This document shows, piece after piece, positions 30,724 through 37,346 of a stretch of 37,346 bases of DNA (within the stretch, counting starts at the first letter, position 1; each line of letters begins with the position of its first letter). A program made the position numbers and the translations under genes. The stretch is taken from contig JAYGDX010000113.1 of the NCBI GenBank assembly GCA_046582655.1, positions 1 through 37,346 of the forward strand. Reading direction: 5' to 3'. The stretch comes from Candidatus Poribacteria bacterium (GTDB lineage Bacteria > Poribacteria > WGA-4E > UBA9662). A model generated the notes under the pieces. It saw only the letters and a list, made by a program, of their open reading frames with translations, had not been told where the DNA came from and made no database searches.

Positions 30724-30761
30724 CTTTAAACCCTAAAAATCGCATCTTTAAAACCCTAAAA
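30717..30761. repeat. Tandem 22/23-bp duplication of the fusA RBS and start codon
   Basis: ATCGCATCTTTAAACCCTAAAA (30717-30738) followed by ATCGCATCTTTAAAACCCTAAAA (30739-30761). Confidence 0.9.
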
Positions 30762-30771
30762 TCCAGTAATT

Positions 30772-31242
30772 TTACCAACGGAAATGCGCAAAGGCTCTAT
30801 TGGCTTCGGCCATACGAGCTTGCTCATCCTTCCTCCGCATGGCACCCCCTTGCTTATTAAACGCATCGATAATTTCCCCGGCCACGCGCTCAGACATAGT
30901 TTTATCGTTGCGACTTCGTGCCGCTTGAATAAGCCATCGAATAGCCAACGTAGTGCGGCGTTCAGGTCTCACATCAACTGGAATTTGATAGGTTGCTCCT
31001 CCAACTCGTCTTGACCTAATCTCAAGCAGTGGTTTCGCATTATTTATAGCTTGCCGAAAAACAACGAGCCCATCCTCATTCGATTTCTGTTCAATGATAC
31101 CAAAACTATCATATAGAATCCGTTGGGAGATGCTTTTCTTGCCACTGCGCATCATAACATTTACAAATTGCGCAACCAACGTACTATGATATTTCGGATC
31201 GGGTAATATATCTCGCTTGATGGAGACTCTACGTCGCGGCAT
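30772..31242 (-). CDS. rpsG: 30S ribosomal protein S7
   Basis: MPRRR, RRVGGATYQIP, MAEANRAFAHFRW. Confidence 0.98.
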   Translation of the reverse strand: MPRRRVSIKRDILPDPKYHSTLVAQFVNVMMRSGKKSISQRILYDSFGIIEQKSNEDGLVVFRQAINNAKPLLEIRSRRVGGATYQIPVDVRPERRTTLAIRWLIQAARSRNDKTMSERVAGEIIDAFNKQGGAMRRKDEQARMAEANRAFAHFRW

Positions 31243-31257
31243 TAATTAACTCCCACA

Positions 31258-31629
31258 TTAATTTGTTTTTCTCGCACCGTACTTCGACCGCCCTTGCTTA
31301 CGATTCTCAACACCAGCTGTATCCAACGTCCCTCTAACAATATGATATCTAACATTCGGTAAATCTTTGACTCGGCCGCCACGTACTAGCACCACAGAGT
31401 GCTCCTGCAGGTTATGATCAATTCCACCAATATAGCAAGTTGCCTCAAAACCATTACTAAATCGAACACGGGCCACTTTTCGCAGCGCGGAATTCGGCTT
31501 CTTTGGAGTCATAGTTTTGACCTGAAGACAAATCCCTCTCCTCTGTGGGCACCCTTGCAAAATTGGAGCTTTGCTTTTCTTCTTGGAAGATTTTCTCCTC
31601 TTCCTTACCAGTTGATTGATTGTCGGCAT
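31258..31629 (-). CDS. rpsL: 30S ribosomal protein S12
   Basis: MPTINQLVR (ATG 31629), [26 protein letters not shown]. Confidence 0.98.
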   Translation of the reverse strand: MPTINQLVRKRRKSSKKKSKAPILQGCPQRRGICLQVKTMTPKKPNSALRKVARVRFSNGFEATCYIGGIDHNLQEHSVVLVRGGRVKDLPNVRYHIVRGTLDTAGVENRKQGRSKYGARKTN

Positions 31630-31667
31630 TAAAAACCACCCCATCCTTAGAATTTTGTGGATATAAA

Positions 31668-31703
31668 CATAAAATAAAGCCCCGAAAACGCATCAAAGGG
31701 GCT
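31668..31703 (-). terminator. Terminator-like hairpin in the 5' leader of rpsL
   Basis: Minus strand AGCCCC-tttgatgcgttttc-GGGGCT followed by TTATTTTATG. Confidence 0.5.
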
Positions 31704-31810
31704 GTTGAACTCACTTAATCCGAGTAAACGCAAACACCAGTCTAGCTTTTGGCCATTACCCCCTTTTCATAATTACCCTAATTCGGTAATATTAGTTGGG
31801 CAAATTTTTT

Positions 31811-31839
31811 ATTTTACTAAATAAGCTTCAATTTGTCAA
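31811..31839 (-). promoter_or_regulatory. Sigma70 promoter of the str/S10/spc/alpha superoperon
   Basis: Minus strand TTGACA-N17-TAAAAT, near-perfect consensus, ~180 nt upstream of rpsL. Confidence 0.8.
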
Positions 31840-31953
31840 GCCTTTTTTATAACTAAATGTGGCAAGACCGAATTGGTGACACTCTTAAAAGAATACAAAT
31901 CGTAAAAAATTCGTAATTCGTAAGGTAACGTTCTTAATGAAACCTCGCGCATA

Positions 31954-32760
31954 TTAATCTTTAATCTCTATGTCCGAAAAATCGCGTTCAGGCTCAGGAT
32001 ATTTCATTTTTAGCTTTTCAAGAGCCGTCACAACCGTCTTACCAATTACCAGATCTCGGTACCATTTGTTATTTGCCGGTACGATATGCCATGGAGCAAT
32101 TTTGGTGTTGCATTTATTAAGAACCGTTTCAAATGCTTCCATGTACTGGTCCCAATACTCACGCTCACGCAAATCCGCATCCGAAAACTTCCAGTGCTTG
32201 TCAGCCCGGTTTAACCGATCCTCAAAGCGCTTTTTTTGCTCATCTTTCGAAATGTGCAAGTAAAATTTCAAAATAGTTGTTCCATTTTCCACCAGCATTT
32301 GCTCAAAATCGTTGATATGCTGATATCTTTTTCCCCACACAGATTTTGGAACTAGATTGTGTACTCGCACAACTAAAACGTCCTCATAGTAAGACCGATT
32401 AAATATAACAATCTTCCCTTTTCTCGGTGCAGCCATATGATAACGCCAAAGAAAATCGTGAGCAGTCTCTTCAGCAGAAGGAACCTTAAAATTCTTAACA
32501 TCACATCCTTGAGGATTGACTGCTCCCATTACATGCTTAATCGTCCCATCTTTTCCACCCGCATCCATAGCCTGTAGAACGAGTAACAGTGCATTATTAT
32601 TTTCACTGTATAATAATTCCTGTAACTCGATAATTTTGTTAATAGTTTTACGCAATTTACCTTCGACATCGCGTTTGCGTTTATATCCTCCCTTGTAATT
32701 AGGGTCGAAATCCGCAAGTTTTATCTCTTTATCAATCGGCGCAATAAGTGATTGAGACAT
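31954..32760 (-). CDS. ppk2: Polyphosphate kinase 2 family protein (polyP:nucleotide phosphotransferase, class III-like)
   Basis: QAMDAGGKDG (Walker A), HDFLWR, FNRSYYEDVLV, LHISKDEQ, APWHIVPA. Confidence 0.9.
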   Translation of the reverse strand: MSQSLIAPIDKEIKLADFDPNYKGGYKRKRDVEGKLRKTINKIIELQELLYSENNNALLLVLQAMDAGGKDGTIKHVMGAVNPQGCDVKNFKVPSAEETAHDFLWRYHMAAPRKGKIVIFNRSYYEDVLVVRVHNLVPKSVWGKRYQHINDFEQMLVENGTTILKFYLHISKDEQKKRFEDRLNRADKHWKFSDADLREREYWDQYMEAFETVLNKCNTKIAPWHIVPANNKWYRDLVIGKTVVTALEKLKMKYPEPERDFSDIEIKD

Positions 32761-32859
32761 AGCACTCCCAAATTCTTTAATTTGACATCTACTTCAATTT
32801 CCGACATTTATATTTTATCATAGAAACGTATGTAACCTCAAGTGAAAGCCAGATTTTGA

Positions 32860-32889
32860 TTGAAAAAGCGGCAAATAGTGTGCTAAACT
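32860..32889 (+). promoter_or_regulatory. Possible sigma70 promoter for the tyrA leader
   Basis: TTGAAA-N18-TAAACT with an extended -10 TG. Confidence 0.45.
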
Positions 32890-33040
32890 CGGGAATCGGT
32901 GGTTTTATCACTAAAAAATTGAGCTACATAACACAGATTTGAAGAAGTAATTGAACCTAGCCATTCTGGTCACTAAATGTGTAACTAAACTGAGAAATTG
33001 AAACTAGTAAGACGGTTGGTGCTACCTACGCACCAGGTGA

Positions 33041-33068
33041 AAACGGGGTTGATTAACCCTGTTTTTTT
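33041..33068 (+). terminator. Intrinsic terminator immediately upstream of tyrA
   Basis: AAACGGGGTT-gatt-AACCCTGTTT (10-bp stem with one G.U pair) ending in a T7 tract. Confidence 0.75.
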
Positions 33069-33107
33069 ATGTCCACGGTGCTGGATTTTCCGGACAGAAA
33101 CAATTCT

Positions 33108-33998
33108 ATGACAGTAAAATTCCAGCAGATAGAAAATATCACGATTCTCGGTGTTGGATTAATTGGAGGCTCGCTTGGCCTGGCTCTTAAAGAGAATGAC
33201 TTCAGAGGTCAAATCACCGGACTAGGTCGACGGACAGAAACTCTTGATATTGCACTCGAGCGTAACGCTGTCGATTTCACCACAACTGACTTTAAGCTGG
33301 GTGTCGAAAAAGCGGATCTTCTCGTCATAGGAACACCGGTTTCACTTATTCCTCAAATGGTCAAGCGAATTTCAGAGCAGATACCGGACACAAAGCCTCT
33401 ATTTATTACCGATGCAGGAAGCGTAAAAACTCAAGTTGTCAAAGAAATTGATGATTTTCTAGGTGTTCGAGCTCTGTCACACATCCACTTTGTCGGTTCA
33501 CATCCGATGGCAGGTTCAGAAAAAGCCAGCGTTGCCGTCGCAAGAGCTAACCTTTTTAATAGCGCAAAGTGTATCGTTACGCCTTCAACAAACACGTCAT
33601 CAACCGCAATCCAGGTAATCACAGAAATGTGGGAGTTTGTCGGTGGAGATACAATTATTATCTCGCCAACTGATCACGATTATCTCATCGCCGGAGCGAG
33701 CCATTTACCACACTTGATTGCATCGGTTTTGACCCAAACAACTCAGTCAGTTCAAACTCAGTCTCTTAGAGCCCTTGAGCTTGCCGCCACAGGTTTTCGA
33801 GACACCACGCGAATTGCGGCCGGCTCCCCAGAAATTTGGAGGGACATTTTCCTCCAAAACGCTGAGGTTCTCATCCCCATGGTCGGATCAACAATCAAGA
33901 CTTTAGAACAATTAAAAATTCTAATGAAAAACAAGGATGCCGCTAAAATCGAGGATTTTCTAGCAAACGCAAAAAAAATAAGGGACTCTTTGGGATAA
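33108..33998 (+). CDS. tyrA: Prephenate/arogenate dehydrogenase (TyrA family, no ACT domain)
   Basis: GVGLIGGS Rossmann motif, TDAGSVK, FVGSHPMAGSE, SHLPH, GFRDTTRIA. Probable start ATG 33108, because the ORF-track start abuts the terminator U-tract. Confidence 0.92.
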   Translation: MTVKFQQIENITILGVGLIGGSLGLALKENDFRGQITGLGRRTETLDIALERNAVDFTTTDFKLGVEKADLLVIGTPVSLIPQMVKRISEQIPDTKPLFITDAGSVKTQVVKEIDDFLGVRALSHIHFVGSHPMAGSEKASVAVARANLFNSAKCIVTPSTNTSSTAIQVITEMWEFVGGDTIIISPTDHDYLIAGASHLPHLIASVLTQTTQSVQTQSLRALELAATGFRDTTRIAAGSPEIWRDIFLQNAEVLIPMVGSTIKTLEQLKILMKNKDAAKIEDFLANAKKIRDSLG

Positions 33999-34000
33999 AA

Positions 34001-34669
34001 ATGAATACTAAAAGGTTGACCATTGCGGTTGACGGTCCTGCCGGATCGGGCAAAAGCACTGTGACCCGCAAAGTTGCTGAACGAATCGACTATCTATACC
34101 TCAATTCCGGTTCGATGTATCGTGCTGTAACACTACTTTCATCTCAGAAAGGAATCTCCCCCTATAACAAAACTCAACTTGTCAATCTCGTACAAAAGCA
34201 ATGTCAAATCGACTTTTCCAATAATGGGAAAACGACTTTGCTTAATAGAATTGATGTTTCCGAGGAGATCCGCAAACCCGAGATTGAACAGCAGGTTGCA
34301 GCAGTAGCAAAAATCCCCGAAGTCAGACAAGAAATGGTTAAACAACAACGCCGTATCGCTCAAAATGGCAGTGTTATAGCTGAGGGACGTGACGTTACAA
34401 CCGTAGTGTTTCCAGAAGCCGATTTGAAATTTTATATTACTGCATCGGTTGAAGAACGTGCGAGACGACGATTTAACGAGTTTCAAGCCAAAGGTGTCGA
34501 TTGTTCGTTTGAACAAATTGAAAATGAGATACAAGAACGAGATCAACAAGACAAATCACGTCAGCATAGCCCTCTTAAGAAGGCTGAAGACGCAATTATC
34601 ATCAATACTACACAGATAACGGTCAACCAAGCTGTAGATCTGATATTGGAAAAAATAAAAGAACATTGA
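34001..34669 (+). CDS. cmk: Cytidylate kinase
   Basis: IAVDGPAGSGKST, SGSMYRA, EGRD, VVFPEA, RDQQDKSR..SPL. Confidence 0.95.
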   Translation: MNTKRLTIAVDGPAGSGKSTVTRKVAERIDYLYLNSGSMYRAVTLLSSQKGISPYNKTQLVNLVQKQCQIDFSNNGKTTLLNRIDVSEEIRKPEIEQQVAAVAKIPEVRQEMVKQQRRIAQNGSVIAEGRDVTTVVFPEADLKFYITASVEERARRRFNEFQAKGVDCSFEQIENEIQERDQQDKSRQHSPLKKAEDAIIINTTQITVNQAVDLILEKIKEH

Positions 34670-34689
34670 TAACCTTATAGTACAGTTTA

Positions 34690-35005
34690 TTATACGCTGA
34701 ACTGAGCGAAAGACGAAGGTCAAACCATTGTCATCAACTTTAATCCCATCCCACTAAACTAAGATGCTGAATAACGCCATTATGGACCCAGACGAGTTTT
34801 GAAATAATCCCAAGCTACATGTCAAGAATGCTTAAAATCAGAAACATTAGGTCAATATTAACAGCACAGTTTCAACCAACACACGAATCTTCCATTCATC
34901 ACGCTTGTACAGACGCAGGTTGGTCGGACAATCCAGATCCTCAAATCCGGTCTCACTATGAAAGTAACCATCTTATCCGTTTATCGACTAGATGTTGGGA
35001 AACCA
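34690..35005 (-). pseudogene. Degraded C-terminal fragment of a DDE transposase
   Basis: Pieces across frames: QHLVD / SETGFEDLDCPTNLRLYKRDEWKIRVLVETVL / DFKHS*HVAWDYFKTRLG / MALFSILV*WDG / FAQFSV*. These resemble a transposase C-terminus that I recognise from memory, not from a search. Confidence 0.5.
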
Positions 35006-35413
35006 ATCCCAACCAAGCTATTTTCAGGCAGCCAACCTTCCTATAGATTTAGATAGCTGATGAAGAGACGACTGTGCAATACGAGATTGGAAGGTCAGTA
35101 GCCAATGAATAAAACTAGTAATGATAATTATGTAGCTATTGTACAACTCAGGTTGCCCGTTAACAGGTCGATAAAAGTTGGTACTCGTGGTGCTGTGCTA
35201 CTGGTCTCTCGCGGCTTCGCCCTTAGAGGAACACAGTACGCCAGCTGATTCTGGAGGTGAGCCTTGACAATAGTACACGAACAGAAGGACAGACAATATT
35301 CAATAATTTAAAAATACAGAAGTCACGATGAACCTCCGAATACCATACCCCCGATTGCTGGACGGAGAGGCGCCTGCCCTCGTACGTGTAGACAATCATG
35401 AAAGGAACCCCAA

Positions 35414-36909
35414 ATGCTAAAGTACGACAACTTGGTGGAGAAATTGGACGAGCAAGTTGAATCTATTTTGCCACGTTAGGTGATAGATCTAAGCAGGGAC
35501 GATTATGGCGGATTTGTCAGTGATGGCATAGCTGCACCGACAAGTGTGAGTACGGTGCCTACGCTTGGACACGCGTACCTGCTAGAAGGTGGAAAGTATT
35601 ATCAAAGCGAAGAAATTTTGACACGTATTCTATCGGGAGCAACCTTTGGACGAAAGATCCGACGAGAAAGTGGATGTTTTGATCTGATTACTACCAATTT
35701 CGACTCATCGCCTGACACGGGGTTTCTTGTGAAAGCAATTGCACCTGTTGTGCGTGCTGCAAGAAAAGCAGCGACCTATGATGATAAAGGGGCGGAACAG
35801 ATTGCAGAAACACTTAGGTGAGATTATTCAAATAGCGGTTCCTGGCATGGTTGCCGGTGGGTTCCACACACCAAATCATCGATGGGTACTGGTGGGGCTT
35901 TGTCACAGGCACTGGAGCTCTTTCCTGATTTAGATGCATGGATACTGTGGAACAATACCTCGCTGAGACCATTGATATCAATGCCGATGGTGAATACATC
36001 GAGCGGAGCACAGGTGTCTACAATGCTGTTTGCAATCGTTCTTTGAGATTAGCAGCCGATGCGCTCAATCGGCCGGATCTCTTGGAACCCGTGCGGCGAA
36101 ATCTGGATTTGTCTTATCACATGTTGCATGCAGATGGGACGGTTGTGACGAGTTTTTCACAGCGGCAAGATCACAGAACTCGCGTGGTTCTCGTAAACAT
36201 GGTGGATAGTTATTACAGTATGGCACGTCGAGACGGCAATGGATTTTATGCCGCTGTGGCCGATTGGTGTGAGGATAATCCCGAACGGGAGGTATTGCTA
36301 GACAGTTATGCAAAAGTTTATCCTGCAGCTAAATTGTGGCGGGTAAGACGGAACAAAACGAGTGCAACGACTGGCGCTGGCATTACAACGCCTTTTAGTG
36401 CCAAACACGGACAGGTTGAGTTGGTATCGGTGAATTTCAGTGCGAGTTATTTTGCCATTGCGCAATTTGCCAGTGAGACATTCGAAGAAGTGAATGGCAA
36501 AATTCGAATGACACACGAGAGTCGCGATCAGGATGGAAGAAGACCAAGTTATGACATGCCATTGGGACGTGAGGTGACTTTTGGTGGGTTTTACAACACT
36601 CGGAAAGAGCGAAACACCTATGAACTTCCGCCATTGCTTACTACACTGGAGGTTGAGGAAGTTGATGGAGGATTTGACTTGCACGTAAAATCGGAAGATT
36701 ATGATAGAGTACCGTTTCAGATTGCATGTGATTTTGTACCAGGCGGGGAATTGGCTTTTGACAGTGGGACAGTGAGAGGGAAAGTTAATGAGATTACACT
36801 ACTGAAACAAGGGTATGCAACTTATCATATAAGCAATGACGCGATTTCAATTGGGAAATCGCACAAAGAGCAAAGCAGTTCGCACTTCTTTCAAATACAG
36901 ACAATTTAG
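35414..36909 (+). pseudogene. Fragmented conserved hypothetical protein (GGFHTPNHRWV family)
   Basis: ATG 35414 after a GAAAGGA RBS. In-frame TAG at 35477 (LPR*VID). Frame changes near 35817, 35895 and 35938 join ORFs 35480-35821, 35739-35933 and 35938-36909 into one protein-like path. Confidence 0.75.
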
Positions 36910-36920
36910 TTGTGTTTAGT

Positions 36921-37346
36921 AGACCTCTTGCAAAAAGAGAGAACAGGGGAAGACCAGCCAAGCTAAGTTGTAGCGACCAACTGCTGATGACATTGATGTA
37001 TTGGAGGGAATATCGGACTCAGTACCACATCGCCCAAGCCTATGCGGTCAGCGAGTCTACCGTTTGCCGGACCATACAACGAGTTGAAAATAGGTTGATT
37101 CAATGTCGACAGTTCCGACTGCCGAGTAAAAGAGAGTTGCTTAAAAGCCAAACCAACATCCAAGGGGTCATAGTAGATGTCACCGAGCAACCGATTGAAG
37201 GACCTAAAAAAAACAGCGTCGACATGACAGTGGCAAGAAAAAAAGACATACACAGCAAGCCCAACTAGTCATCAATCAACACAGCTTACAAATCATTGCC
37301 ACCGCTTTCAGTAGTGGATCCAAACATGATTTTCAGTTATTTAAGG
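36921..37346 (+). mobile_element. IS5-family (ISL2/IS1381-like) insertion sequence with a 5'-truncated transposase split by a -1 frameshift; runs off the window
   Basis: orfA GRPAKLS..DQLLMTLMYWREYRT..HIA..Y.VSESTVCR (HTH)...VDVTEQPIE.PKK. The -1 frame continues KQRRHDSGKKKRHT...HDFQLFK. A8 tract at 37206-37213. AGACCTCTTGCAAAA at 36921 looks like a terminal IR. Confidence 0.82.

Noticed and set aside
14405..31714. Many 60-130 aa alternative-frame and antisense ORFs across the ribosomal cluster
   Set aside because: They are shadows of highly conserved genes, with no independent coding signals.
32930..33068. T-box riboswitch upstream of tyrA
   Set aside because: GGTGCTACC lacks the UGGN bulge needed to pair with tRNA NCCA, and no convincing Stem I or specifier loop is visible. 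Kept only as an unclassified leader.
35100..35400. Possible gene fragment (IKVGTRG..., HemC-like start) and TTGACA at 35264
   Set aside because: The match is only a few residues and is followed by a stop, and there is no -10 element at proper spacing; this cannot be supported without a search.

Overview
Bacterial chromosomal window with four parts. (1) 1-2.6 kb, minus strand: a sigma28-type promoter drives flgM and then an unusual large flagellin. The flagellin has an N-terminal flagellin domain, six ~37-46 aa internal repeats and a LamG/concanavalin-like domain. It is frameshifted at ~nt 50 and runs off the window. The flgM-flagellin junction is triplicated as three 136-bp tandem copies that differ by six transitions. 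(2) 2.8-14 kb: two membrane Zn-peptidases, a lipoprotein, a CUT1 sugar ABC importer flanked by two PhyH-type Fe(II)/2-oxoglutarate dioxygenases, a hypothetical protein and a class I/II aminotransferase. (3) 14-31.8 kb, minus strand: the str-S10-spc-alpha ribosomal superoperon from rpsL to rplQ. It lacks rpmD, adk/map/infA and rpsD, has an rpmJ missed by the ORF track that lacks most Zn ligands, and shows unusual substitutions in S12, S5, S10 and EF-Tu. (4) 32-37.3 kb: ppk2, then tyrA-cmk behind a terminator-containing leader, then a decayed zone with a transposase relic, a multiply broken gene and a 5'-deleted IS5-family element. The gene content (PhyH pair, LamG domain, sugar ABC transporter) is reminiscent of Candidatus Poribacteria, but this is inference only. 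No tRNA, rRNA or CRISPR array was seen.
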